From: Mobula hypostoma
Taxonomy: Eukaryota
Direction: 5' to 3'
Length of the DNA stretch: 64,000 nt
Assembly: GCF_963921235.1 (NCBI RefSeq)
Contig: NC_086097.1
Location: forward strand, 169,944,001 to 170,008,000
Of the stretch, positions 34,774 to 47,790 are shown piece after piece. Position 1 is the stretch's first letter. Each line of letters starts with the position of its first letter. Under the pieces are notes generated by a model, which was given only the letters and a program-made list of their open reading frames with translations, had not been told where the DNA came from and made no database searches. The translations under genes and the position numbers were made by a program.

Positions 34774-35064
34774 TTTCCTAAGGATACATCCTTTAACTTG
34801 GATTGAACCTTTTGTGCCAACTGATTTGTTTCCAAGTATTGGCTTGCTTCATTTTTAAATTATGTTACTTAAAAAACAATTATAAATAAGTGAGACTTCT
34901 AAAAGGGAGTAGGAGCGGAGGAAACAGAGTGTGTGGTTGCAAAATCAGTGACAGTGACAGGCAGGTTGAGAAAATGTTTAATAAACGACACAATTCTGAA
35001 CTTTATCAATAAAAGAATGGGGTATAAAAGTAGGGAACTTATGCTAAAACTTAATAAAACTGAG

Positions 35065-35620
35065 AGACAAGAGACTACAGAGCAATGTGAGATCTGCTGG
35101 AAGATAATTATGGATTAAGCAGCATCTGAGGGGGGAATGGAATTGTCAACAGTTCAGGTAGAAAGCCTGCATCAGGATTGAGAATGGAAAGAGAGGACGG
35201 CTAGTAGAAAGAGGAGAGGGTGAGTGATGAGACAGTAGTCCAAGCTGCTCGGTGGGCGCAGGAGGGTGATAGATGACAAGTAAGTTGTGCGAGGTAGGGG
35301 AGCAGAGTGGGGAAGAGCTGGGAGACGGAGGCAGGTGGCCGAAAGCTGGAGGCAAACTAAGAGAAGAAACAGAGGCAGATGAATTCATCGTGGGAGCGGG
35401 AAAGGTGAAGGATGGAGATAGCTGATAGATGGAGAAAAGCAGGAATACAAAAAGGCTACCTGCATTGGAACCTGATAAATGAAAGAGGTGATATTGGAAA
35501 CCATTAGGGGGGAGGCGAATGACAGATGGAACCAGGGCCAGATAGGGGTGGTGTCCATGAGTGAACTATGTGTATTGTGGGTGACTATAATCAGATGGGG
35601 AGGGGGTGAAAAGTGATGGT
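35065..35620 (-). mobile_element. Older Penelope-like terminal/3' UTR fragment
   Basis: Degenerate terminal arm (gcagcatctg...tcaggtagaaagcctgcatcaggat) followed by a purine-rich tract like 29240-29520. Confidence 0.5.
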
Positions 35621-36160
35621 GGGAGTGATAATATTTGTAAGACGTTGGACTGACATTTGGAGTATTGAATTGCTACAGTAAGAAAGATGTGAAGAAAGGT
35701 TTAAAAGGATCCAGATAAGATTAACAAGGAGGATTCCTGGGCTAAGGAATTCCATGTAAGGATGGATTAGAAAGACTAGGACTGGAACGGAGAAGGATGA
35801 GGGGAGATTAGATAGAATTATATAGGGTAGGGTCAGAGTGGATAGTTTGAGGCGGTACCCATTGGCAGATGGGTTGAAGACTATTAGTAGGTACAGGTAT
35901 AAAATAAATGGGAAGAAAATTAGGGATGTTATGAGGAAAAGTTTGTTTTAAGCAATACATGGTTGGGACTTGGACTGTACTGCATACAGATGTGGTAGAG
36001 GCTGGTTCCATTGTGTCCTTCAAGAAGGAATTAGATAATGATAAAGATGAGGTGGAGTAAGTTTGCAATGCTGTGAAGAAAGGGCCATTTGGTGGAACAA
36101 GCAGTCGAGAGCATGTAGAGACCTGATGGGCTGAATAGCTTGCTTCTGTCTTGTACCATT
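35620..36160 (+). mobile_element. Degraded CR1 3' fragment
   Basis: tttggagtattg...aaggatgaggggagattagatagaattatatagg...gtggtagaggctggttccatt. Confidence 0.6.
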
Positions 36161-39100
36161 ATGATTAAATCCTGTAATTTTTCATCACCTTTACTCAGCG
36201 CATTGTAAATTCTGAAGTAAACACCATGACCCTATGACTGCACTGAAAGTCCTCAAGCCCACAAGAACGATCTGGACATACACTGAAAGGAGCTGGGATA
36301 TTTATATTCAGTTAGTTAAATAATCTCAATTTTAAAAATTAGTAGCGGTGATATTGACCTTGAAACTACACTACTGTGATAGTGTAAAATCACATCTGGC
36401 TCACTAATGTCCTTTAGTACAAAGGATATTTACCATCTCCATCTGGTCTGGCCTATATATACGTAAAACCTTAGGCCACATTTGGAACATGTGCAATTCT
36501 GCATTATAGGAAGGGTGTGGAGGATTTGAAAAGGATGCCAAACTGATTCACTGGTGTCCTGATTCAGCATTTCAACCCAAAATGTTAACAATTCCTTTCT
36601 TCTCACAGATGCTACATCGTTCACTGAGATTGTTCGATGTTTTATGTTCGCCCTGCTTAGAGAATATGAGCTTTAAGCAGAGTATAGACAAATTTGGATT
36701 GTTTACTCTGGCGCTTCAGATATAGAGGATATGATAGGAGTTTATAAAATTCTGAGGGGCATAGATACAGTCAGTCTTTTTCCCAGTGAGAAAATATGTT
36801 TGCAAGATGGTGCTGGTGAGCCATGGCAAAGTTCTGCGGGCTACAGAGGACATTTCTAAATATACTCTCACTGCAATCTGCACCCTGTAATTTCCCTTTA
36901 AGCATCATCATCTTCATCATTACATGTCATGTCATATGGCAAAGGTGATCATGGTGACCAAGTTTGTTCCTGGCAACCCTAAGCAATGTACTTTTAAGTC
37001 AACACACACAAAGTGCTGGAGGACCTCAGCAGGCTGGGCAGCATCTATGGAAAAGAACAAACAGTCAATATTTTGGGCTGAGACCCTTCCTCAGGACAGA
37101 TTTTCTCATGTTTGTACTTTTAAATTAACTTAATGATCTACAGGTTTCACAGTCTTCTGAAGCTCTTGGTAGACCAAGGAGGTACGTCACTTTTAAACGG
37201 ATGGAAGTTCATTGCCATGGCTGGAAGTTAGGCAGGAGTGGGGTGACTCCAGACTCATGGTAATAATGTTGCCTCTTACCTGTCCTCCAAAGTAGCCCAG
37301 TGTCACTTTCCTTGAAGAAAATTAAGAAAGGGTGATAGCAAAAGGAAAGTACCGACATCCTGTGAATGATTAAAGGACCCAGAGATATTCAGACGCAACT
37401 CACTGTCCTATGGTAGATCCATTTATGGTAAAATCCACAGAGAATTGAAACACTTTATCACCTAGTGAATCCTTCCAGTGGCTGAACAATCTTTTCACTT
37501 TTGCTATAGTTAGTAGTTTTCACTGGGATCCTTGATGGTCAGTCCAATGCATTGATATTGAAGGGTGTATTCCTGGCTGTTTGGATTGATCATCTATAGC
37601 AAGTGAAAGGAAATTTATTGCATTTAATGAAAGAACTTTAAAACGAAACTATTTATAATGCTATCTGGCCATGACAAGAACAGGTCGTAAAATGGCTTGG
37701 GCGCCAATGCTTCTGAAAACATCCCTGACCTAACAATAAGTGACTATTAAGACTTTTAAATCATTATACTATGTCAGTGATTCATGACCCAGATGGATAG
37801 GAAGGCAAGTGGGTAGTACTGTTGTGTAACAGGTTTATAGACTAGGGCAATTACAGCATGCAACTGGAAAATCAAATGGCTCTTTTGTTAACTAAAGGAG
37901 AGGACATTCTATGCATCATCTGTAATTAATATAATGTAAATCAAATATATTACCAGCAGGCTAGCATTACAATCAATGAATTTGTAAACATTTTTATTTT
38001 AGCATTTACTAATCAAAACTAACCTAATCAAAGTGCAAAGTGTATCACGTTCAGATTTGTTTTCTTAACCTTCTGTTTTAGCAGAAGCATTATCTGCTTA
38101 TCAGAATGATGCCAGGCAGGTGGAAAAGGTCTCTTGGCCCCTACCTGATGAAAGATGGTAGATTCTTCCAATCCTAATCATGATCTTAAATTTGTTCAAT
38201 TAACATCTGTGTAGCCGATTCTACTTCAGCGGAAATAATCCCATTAATTTTGTTCAGAGTAGCTGCAGTATCGTTCACAAAATGCACTGTAACAACTCAC
38301 TGAGGCTTCTATGATAGCACTTCTGATGATCCCTACAACCCTGACTTTCAAGCTGGATGGTCAATCAATGTACCCATGCTCCCTGATAGAGAACAAAAGC
38401 AAATAACCTCACAGCTCCCATCCCAAGTAGCATCTTGTTGCACAGCCCTATGATACAAATAAATTGGTGAATTGGTAATTTGGTTTATTATTGTCAGATG
38501 TACCAAGGTACAGTGAAAAATTTAGCTTTGCATGCTGTTCATACAGATCATTTCATCACATCAAGTAGAGATACTATCAATCCCAATGACAATTAGGGCA
38601 AGCCACTCCTTTAAATAAATCTGATGTGAATGTCAAAGCAGGTTTTATATAAATTGTGAGGATATGCAGTTAAACAAGGTAGAACAAATTAAATGTTTAT
38701 GTCCAAGGGAGTTTTGACTTTGAATGCTTCATAAAACTCATCTGCGTTCATTTCTATTCTGGGTAGATAACAGCTGGAACATATCTGGAGGGTTTAATTG
38801 GAATCAGTTTAGCAGCAGCTAACAAGAAGATTTCCTTTTGCTCTGTTTAAGATGAACAGAAAATTCCAAAGAAACCGTTTATTTGAGGCTCCGTCATTGC
38901 AATAGTTCCTTTTGAATTGATAATAAATTAAGAGAATGTTTTCAGTGAAGGGCATCAGGATTATTATGGCGAAAGGGTATTGTGATGAAGTGCATTCCCA
39001 ATGTAGCTGCTTAGTGTCGAGAACTGCGTTTGGTGGTTCTTGTATCTTAGACCATAGGCCATAGCAGTAGACTTAGGCCATTCGGCCCGTCGAGTCTGCT

Positions 39101-40114
39101 CTGCAATTCCATCATGGCTGATTTGTTATCCCTCTCAATGCCATTCTCTTGCCTTCCCCCTGTAACCTTTGAATTGCCTTCTCCCATTTTTTAAAAATAA
39201 TGAGTAGCAGGATGTGAAAGATAGACCCAATGAAGAACTTAAGATCGAACCACTGTTATCACTTAAGATGCCTTGCCAGCCACGCAGCAAGATCCCACTT
39301 CAAGAATATAATAACAACAAGGCAATCCAATTTATATCAGGTTGCAAGATACTTGCAGTGAATGCAAGAGGAACAGGAGAGAACCAGAAAGGAGCTGAGA
39401 TTCTAAGAACAGACTGAAAGAATATGCACCATAGAAAGAGCTTGTCTGATACTCATGTCAATATGGGCTAGCTGGTGGAGAGATAAACCAGTAATGGTTA
39501 TTGCATGAGAGTATTAAATTGTTATTTTTCACATAGTTTAACTTTCCTGCTGTTTCCTTGTATTTTATATAATCATCTAATTATGTGTAATTGTTCAGTC
39601 ATTTTTGTAGTAGCTTTAGTATAGCTGCTTCTGTATTTTTCTAGAAGCTTCTTAGTTTTTCTGCAGTAGGTGAGACACCTCTTGAACTTGGCCTTTTCAT
39701 AGGCTATTTGTTTTCATGGATCCCTTGTTATCTTTATATTCTGAGGTATTTTTGTTTAAGACAACCACAACTTTGCTGTTCTTTCACATTTTCTTTTATG
39801 CTTCATTTTTCACTTCTGAAGAAACTCTGGAACACACAATCAAAAATGTTGGTTAGAAGGAAATGATTTTGTCCCTGATATTTGGGATGGGGAGAATAGT
39901 GATGACAGATACTTTTGTGTTACATATGGTGACATATTTGATAATGCTGCAGTATATCTACAGAAAATGGAAACTTACTATTATAGCTACTCAAAGAAAA
40001 GCTTTAACTTACATTAGAAAGCGATAGATACTTTCTCTCCAGTACTTTGACAGAAGGTCTTGCATGAATTCAGATTAACTGGAGAGTTGAAATTATTTTA
40101 TTATCCATTCTAAT

Positions 40115-40850
40115 TCTGTGTCTGGTGGTGTACCACAGGGATTGAGGCTGGGGCCTTTTCTGTCCATGATGTATGTTATTGACTTAAATGTGAATGTGGG
40201 AGGCATGATTAGTAAGTTTGTGGATGACTTGAAAATTGGTGATGTGGATGGTGAGGATGTTTGTCAAAGGTTACAGCAGGATATAGATCAGAAGAGTGCT
40301 GGCAGATGAAATTTAATCCCGACAAGTGTGAGGTGATGCATCTTGGAAAGTCAAATAGGGCTTGGACATATCCAGTAATTTGGAGGTGAATAAGAAATGT
40401 TATTCAACAGAGAGACCGAGGGGATTCAAGTCTACAGTTCCCTTAAAGTGACAACACAGGACAATATGGTGATAAAGAAGGCAAATGGCATGCTTGTCCT
40501 AAGTTGTGGAATAGAATGCAAGATTTGGGATGTTCTGTTACCAAGCACTGGTTAGGTCCCACGTGGAGTATTATGTGCAGTTCTAGTTGCCACATTGTAT
40601 GAAGATATGATTGCACTGGAGAGAATACACAGGCGATTCGCCAGTAGACTGCCTGGAAGACTTCAGTTATGGGAAGAGCTTGGGTAGACTGGGATCATTT
40701 TCCCTGGAGCAACAGAGGCCAAGTAGTGACCAGATAGAGACATACTGTATAAGATTGTGAGTACCTCAGATAAAGTAGACAGTCTGGATCCTTTATCCAA
40801 TAACAGGGATATCAAAAACAAGAGGACCATGTTTAAGTTGAGAGGATGAA
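40115..40850 (+). mobile_element. CR1 LINE RT/3' fragment (resumes after 41657)
   Basis: ORF 40118-40309 GVPQGLRLGPFL...ISKFVDDLKIG. Confidence 0.8.
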
Positions 40851-41657
40851 GGTGGAGCGGAGTGATGATGGCGCAAAACGGCGACTCTTGTGTCTTCAGA
40901 AACAGCTCTATTTCTAACTTTAATATCTTTATTTTTCCCTTTCATGATTCTTTTGAAGACCCTGACCTGGAGTTACACACTGACTACGGTTCTTTGCAGG
41001 AATGGGACCTGCTCTCAGGGTTTCAGGACCGGCCATTGTTGTCCGACATGCCAAGGCTCGGCCTAAGGGTCTGGCTCAGCTTTGGAAGCCTAGGATGTCG
41101 GGTCTCTGGAGACAGGCAGATCAAGGGTAGGTGTCACGGCAGGAGAACCGTGAGTTGTCAGGGGAGTTGGAATACCTGCAGCTGTGTGCCCAGAGACTCG
41201 TGATCGTGATCTTTGGGCACTGAACTCAAAAAAGGTGACAAGGCGGACTTTTAATATTGTAAACTAGCGAGTTGCTTGTTATGTTTCCCTGCTTGCTGTG
41301 AAAACGGAGGTACCTCTCATTAGGGAGAGAGAGAACCTGCAGTGCATCGAATGCCGGGTGAGCAATGTAATCTTTGGGGTAACTGCAAATCTGTGTCTTT
41401 ACAGTTGCTTTGCTCAAGCTTGAGTGCCTGGTGGCGGGTGCTGATGCTTTTTTTTGGCAGTGGGTGGAGGGGGTATTGGTGCTTGCTGCTGCTTATGTGT
41501 GGGGGGGAGCTGGGGGGAACTTTGGGGTTCTAACATTTGACTATCGTTCATTCTTTGGGGCACTCTGTTTTTGTGGATGGTTGCATGAAAAAGCATTTCA
41601 GGATGTATATTGTATACATTTCTCTGATGTTAAATTGTACCTTTGAAGCCTTTGAAA
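40850..41657 (+). mobile_element. Non-coding retroposon with YY1-like 5' motif inserted in CR1
   Basis: Begins ggtggagcggagtgatgatggcgc; ends cctttgaagcctttgaa; interrupts CR1 sequence gtttaagttgagagga...tttaaaggggatctg. Confidence 0.6.
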
Positions 41658-42572
41658 ACTTTAAAGGGGATCTGGGGGGTATGATTTTTTTCACATAGTG
41701 GGTGGCTGATATATCTGTGTTCTGTGTCACCAAGTAGTCCATCACCTTATCCTTAACAATCGACTCCAACATCTTCCCATGTACCTAGGCCAGGCTAATT
41801 GGTCTATAATTTCCTTTCTGCTGCCTTCCTTCTTTCTTAAAGAGTGGAGTGACATTTCCAATTTTCCAGTCCTCTGACACCATGCCGGAGTCCAATAAGT
41901 TTTGAAAGATCATTACTAATGCCTCCACAATCTCTACTGCTACCTCTTTCAGAACCCTAGGGTGCAGTTCATCTGGCCCTGGTGACTTGTGTACTCTTCG
42001 ATCTTTCAGCTTTTTGAGCACATTCTCCCTTGTAATGGTAACAGCACTCACTTCTCTTCCCTCACACCCTTCAACACCTGGCACACTGCTAGGGTCTTCT
42101 GCAATGAAGACTGATGTAAAATACTCATTTAGTTCATCAGCCATCTCCTTGTCCCCTGTTATTATTTCTCCAGCCTCATTTTCTAGTGATCTTACATCCA
42201 CTCTCAGCTCTCTTATTTTTTTTAAATACTTGAAATAGCTTTTACTATCCACCTTGATATTGTTTGCTAGCTTGCTTTCATATTTCATCTTTTCCTTCCT
42301 AATGATTCTTTTCATAGGTTTTTAAAAGCTTCCCAATCCTCCAGCTTCCCGCTAATGTTTGCTTTGTTGTATGCTCGCTCATTTGCTTTTACATTATCTT
42401 TGAATTCCATTGTTAGCTACTGTTGCTATTTCACTATTTGAATATTTCTTCATTTTTGGAATACATCTATCCTGAACTTTCCTCATTTTTCCCAGAAACT
42501 CATGCCATTGCTGCTCTGCTGTCATCCCTGCCACAATCTCTTTCCAATTTACTTTGGCCAACTCCTCTATCG

Positions 42573-43768
42573 CAGGGGTCCCCAACCTTTTTTGCACTGC
42601 GGACCGGTTTCATATTGACAATATTCTTGCAGACCGGCCGACTGGGGGCGGTGGGGGGGGGGAGGGAGGGTTGCCAACGGACAAGAGTAGCAATCAACTA
42701 CGCTGTTTACCCCGACACTACAATGACCATGAAGCCTTGCGCGAGCACCAGTGCGCATGCGTGATTTGCGCATGTGTGTACGTGTTACAAATCATTTTTG
42801 GCGATTCTGTTGGGGGGGGCTATTAATCACGACGGGAATATCGGTGATAAGTGACTAATACACTCAATTTCGTTTCTAAAAGGGTTGATCTAACAAATTT
42901 AATATTAAACACACAGCACACATTTTCCTTGCAGGAATATAGCGATAAGTCAATTATCAGGGGAGGACAGGGGAGCTTGAAGTGTTGAACGAACTTCCAG
43001 TAGAAGTGGTAGAGGCAGGTTTGATATTATCATTTAAAAGAAAAATCAGATAGGTGTATGAACAGGAAAGGAATGAAGGGTTATGGGCTGAGTGCAGGTC
43101 GGTGGGACTAGGTGAGAGTAGCGTTCGGCACGGACTAGAAGGGCAGAGATGGCCTGTTTTCGTGCTGTAATTGTTATATAAGTAAGTCAATAGCATCATA
43201 ACATTTTAAGTAACGTCTGGATATTAAACACACGGCACATATTTTCCCCGTATGAATATATAAAATCATTGCAACACACCAATATCGCTGAATCAGTGGG
43301 AGCCCTGGGCTTGTTTCCCTGCAACGAGACGGTCCCATTCGAGGGGTGACGGGAGACAGCGATACTCGAAGGGGGTTCCTTATGTCCAGTCTATTCCGCA
43401 ATTTAGTTTTCGTTGCATTCATTGCAGAGATATGTTGGAAATGGAAGCAACGTTTTCAGTGCTTTCCTGGCTATCTCAGGATATTTAGTCTTGACTTTGA
43501 TCCAGAATGCCGGCAGAGATGTTATGTCAGACATACTTTTTAGCCCGCCGTCATTTGCAAGCTCAAGGAGTTGATCTTCTTCCCGCGCTGACATGGATGA
43601 CGCGCGGGTAATGACTTTGCTTGCATTCAAGCTCAACAGTGGGCATGACAAGGAATGAGGAAAGGTGCAGCTGACTCCTATCGCCAAATCACATTGTTTC
43701 CTCGCTGCCCGGTAGCACATGCTCTGCGGCCCGGTACCGGTCCGCGGCCCGGTGGTTGGGGACCGCTG
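42573..43768 (-). mobile_element. hAT (Charlie/Buster-like) deletion derivative
   Basis: TIRs caggggtccccaacc / ggttggggaccgctg; C-terminal dimerisation-domain remnant EDQLLELANDGGLK...FWIKVKTKYPEIARKALKTLLPFPTYLC; 8-bp flanks ctctatcg / tcctattg match only 5 of 8. Confidence 0.88.
42955..43182 (+). mobile_element. CR1 3' end embedded within the hAT element
   Basis: aacgaacttccagtagaagtggtagaggcagg...ggcctgttttcgtgctgtaattgttatat; flanked by taagtcaat at 42946-42954 and 43183-43191. Confidence 0.7.
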
Positions 43769-46294
43769 TCCTATTGTACCACTGTAATTTGCTTTACTCC
43801 ACTGAAGTACTGCTACTTCGGACTTCACTTTCTCCCTATCAAATTTCAAGTTGAATTTAGTCATATTATGATCACTGTCTCCTAAGGGTTCTTTTACCTT
43901 AAGCTCCCTAACCACCTCCGGTTCATTACATAGCACCCAATCCAATATAGTTGACCCTCTCATAGGCTCAATGACAAACTGCTCTAAAAAGACGTCTTGT
44001 AGGCATTCAACAAACTCACTCTCTTGAGATCCATTACCAACCTGATTTTCCCCAATCGACCTGCATGTTAAAAACTCCCGAGACGATAATAACATTGCTC
44101 TTTTGATAAGCATTTTCTATTTCTCCGTGTAATCTGTGGTCCACATCCCAGTTACTGTTGGGAGGCCTGTATATAACTGTAATGATCTGATCTGTGTTCA
44201 ACAGAAATCTTTCATTGTATTTTGGTATATGTTATAATAATTAACCAATACTAATACATGTGACATTAATTTACCAATTTACCAATTTATCAGTGGCTCT
44301 TCACCACTTTCTGAAGGGCCCTTGGGTATGGCCTTCAAATACTGAAGCTGATAGTAATGTCCAGCACCCAAGACTGAATAAAAATAAATTACATTCTATC
44401 AAGGTATATAAAACGAAAGCACACCTTTTTCTAATTCTCTGTTTCCTCAGCGGTTGAGTTGGACTCGGCAAGACTTTCTAAAGATTGTGCCTGGAACATC
44501 TGTCATTACCTGGATAAGTTGCTCACGCTTTCGCCTTCTCAATGATAGCCTTAGGGCTCAACATCTGTGTCTCCTGAGAAGAGCTTGGGGAAGGCTGCAT
44601 CCAACAAAATAGACTATCGTGTGATATTGTGAGTGGAGAGTGTCCGCAGGTTGACATAAGGGCTTGTGAACCCTAATGAGAATATTATGTTTACAAAATG
44701 CTATGCTCTTACATTTATAGAAAGCCAGCATGCTCTTCTCTCCAGCAGGGAAGGTGTAGTAAGTCCAACTTCAGGACAAGGAGGGAATTAAGAAAACTAC
44801 CTCTGCTCTTTATACATTGTAGAAATACCATCATTTTTCTCTAAAGTTGGCTGAGTTTACAATATTTTTGTTCCTGTGTTTTTGGGTTTTGAAGGTTAAT
44901 TGTGACAGGCATAGGAGAAAGACAAACATTCTCTTGTTTGAATACCAGAAATCTAAAGGACACAGGAATGCACAATGAGAGCCCCTGCAGGCTAAAAAGC
45001 CTTGTAACTACAATTAAGTATTTTTAGTTTCTGTTATTAACATGCTACTATTTAAGTATGGTTCAGTGCCTGATCTTGAAAAGTGGAGGAAAAACACACA
45101 ATTTCTTTTGAGATGTATTGTGTAACATAATTTGCATTTGTAACAAATGCAATGTTCCCGAGACGATGGCACTGAATTAAACCCCTCTGGCTGAAACACA
45201 CAGAGGCAGTCAGAAAACGTCTTGTTCCTCTTTACTTCTTGTTTGGATAGGTAAATATTATTCTGCCCAAAACCATTCAAAATGTTAATACTTGAAGTGG
45301 TAGTTGGGCCATGGACTAATTAAGGTTGCATATTTTGTAAACCATATGCAGAAAGAATAATGGACAAGGCAGCATTAACTATTGTATTGAAAATGGGAAT
45401 TTTGTCTTCTTGGTTTTAGTTCTCTAGGCAAGTAATACAGTTAAATTCTGAAGTTAATTGGTTGAGGGGAGTGGAGTTATTTTGTGGGCTGGGTGCAAAA
45501 TTGGTCCTAAGTGTGCAATTTTTGGGCTGCAAAATGAGATCAATGCAGATGAATATCAGATCACAATGTCCTCTATCCAACCAATGGCTGGGATGAGGAC
45601 CCAGCCAAAAACTTTGATGTCTCTAATGCTCACCTCAAGAGTGAAAATATTTTTGCTGCAGCAATCCAATTTCCTAATTTTAATGAGCTCACCCTGAGAT
45701 AACTTTTTTTCTGGAGAAAAGCCTGTTTAGCTTTTTCTGTCATGAACCTCTGAATTTGCAAATAAAGTCTCATGTCTGATTTTGGCCCCTTGTATGGAAT
45801 TGGTCAAAATGAAATGGATCTTGGGCCTGAGACTCATAATTTTACTTCCACTGTGCTGTACCATGGTCATTGGGGGAGCTCAATTGACTGGCAAGGAGGA
45901 GGCTGGTTGACTATCTTAAATAATTTCTTGATGCTGCTGTATAAAACTTAGTCTAGGCCATACGTGGAGTATTGTAGTACATTTCAGATTGCTACATTAC
46001 AGAAAGGATGTGGATGTTTTGGAGAGGGTGCAGAAGAGCTTCACAAGGATGCTGCCTAGATTAGTTAAAAGGAAAGGTTGGATAAACTTGTGCTTCTTTC
46101 TCTGGAGCAATGGAGGAGTCCAGACCATTAGTAACACTCGCTAACTCTCTTCACACTACTTCACAGATCAGTGAACAAAGAACATGGAAAATGGAAAAGT
46201 GCAGCTCAGACACAGGCCCTTCAGTCCACAATGTCGATGCTGACCAGGGTGTCAATTTGAGCTGCACATCTGTCCGCACACGGTCTAGAATCTA

Positions 46295-46420
46295 GACACT
46301 GGATGAAGAGTCTTGACCCAAAACATCAACTGTCCATTTCCCTCCACAGATGCTGGCTGGCCCATTGAGTTTTTCCAGCAGTCTTTTCCCTAGATTACAG
46401 TGTTTGCAGTCTACTGTCTC
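46295..46420 (+). mobile_element. Degenerate Penelope terminal arm
   Basis: gatgaagagtcttgacccaaaacatcaactgtcc...agatgctggctggcccattgagtttttccagca. Confidence 0.6.
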
Positions 46421-46559
46421 TCCAATGTGAAACTTTTTCTTACATAGCATGTAAGAGCATTGGGCTCATGGTACAACTTTATAACATCTTGTTAAGGCCG
46501 AAGCTGTGGTATTACATACAGTTCTGGCCTCTACACAAAGAAAAGATATAGACTGTACA

Positions 46560-47350
46560 ATAGAATGTAGAGCAGTACAACACAGTACAGAGCTTTTGGT
46601 TCACGATGTTGCGCTGACTTTTTAATCTACTCCATTTTTTTGATCTAAGTGCCTACCTAAAAGTCTGTGAAATACTTCTATATATCTGCATTTACCACCA
46701 CCCCCAGCATTGTGTTCCATGCATTTACCACTCTCTTTGTAATAAAACTATCTCTGACATTACCCCCCGCCCCATGCTTTCCTCCAATCACCTTAAAATT
46801 ATGCCCTCTCTTATTAGCCATTGCTGCTCTAGGAAAAAGGCACCTGCTGTCTAATCTGTCCATGCCTCTTATCATCTTATACAGCTCTATCAAATTGTCT
46901 CTCATCCTTTGCTCCAAGGAGAGAAGCCCTAGCTTGGCCAACCTTTCCTCAATAGACATGCTCTCTAATCCAGGAAGCATCCTGGTAAACCTTCTCTGCG
47001 TCCTCCCTAAAGCTTTCACATCCTTTCAATAATGAGTCCACCAGAACTCCACAGTACTCCAGTGTGGTCTAACCAGTGCATAACTTTGTGACTCTTGAAC
47101 TCAGTCTCCCAGCTAATGAAAGTCAGCATGCCATAGGCCCTCTTAACCTCCCTATCAACTTACATGGCAACTGTGAGGGATCTATTGATCCCTTTGTTCT
47201 TCTGCACTGCTAAGAATCCTGCCATTAACTTTGTACTCTGCCTTCAAGTTTGACCTTCCGTAGTGTATCACCTCACACCTCCCCGGGTTCAATTCCATCT
47301 GTCACTTTTCAGCCCAGCTCTGCATCTATTTATGTCCGGTTGTAACCTAT
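46560..47350 (-). mobile_element. CR1 LINE 3' fragment
   Basis: ORF 46678-47019 QRRFTRMLPGLE...RDNLIELYKMIRGMDR...RVVNAWN. Confidence 0.85.
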
Positions 47351-47359
47351 GACAACAAT

Positions 47360-47790
47360 TCAATTGCTCTGGAGAGGATATACAGCAGATTCACAAGGAA
47401 GTTGCTGGGACAGGATTCATGAGAGTTTGGATGGCTGTATTTGAGGAGGTTGAGGTGGTGTACAAAACTGTGAGAGGAATATATAGGGTAGATAGCAGGA
47501 AACTTTTCTTCACGGCAATAGTACCTCAAACTAGAGGACATAACCTTAGGTAAGGAATCGGAGGATTAGAGCTGATCCAAGAAAAATTTTTATCATCTAG
47601 AGAATGGTTGCAATCTGGGTCACACTGCCTGGGAAGGAGGTGGAGGAGGGAGGTGCTCTCACAACATTTGAATAAGGACTTGAACTGCAAAGAGAATGTA
47701 AGCTGAGGACCAATTACTGGTAAATGGGATTGATGTAGATTTGTAGTTGATGGAGGGCGTGGGTATGATGAGTTGAAGGCCTACTCTATG
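47360..47790 (+). mobile_element. Degraded CR1 3' fragment
   Basis: ctctggagaggatatacagcagattcacaagg...actagaggacataacc. Confidence 0.6.

Larger units (their letters stand above)
41720..44180 (-). mobile_element. CR1 LINE internal fragment (endonuclease to RT start) split by a hAT element
   Basis: ORF 41785-42315 KSPGPDELHPRVLKEVA...GNYRPISL; CR1 part of ORF 43403-44113 (EPLGDSDHNM). Confidence 0.9.

Noticed and set aside
38082..38157. Plus-strand 76-nt exon candidate
   Set aside because: Reasonable acceptor but weak donor (gtagat) and no recognisable peptide or partner exon
43403..44113. 236-aa ORF as a novel fusion gene
   Set aside because: Reads across a hAT insertion junction in a dead CR1; both parts are fragments and no expression signals are evident
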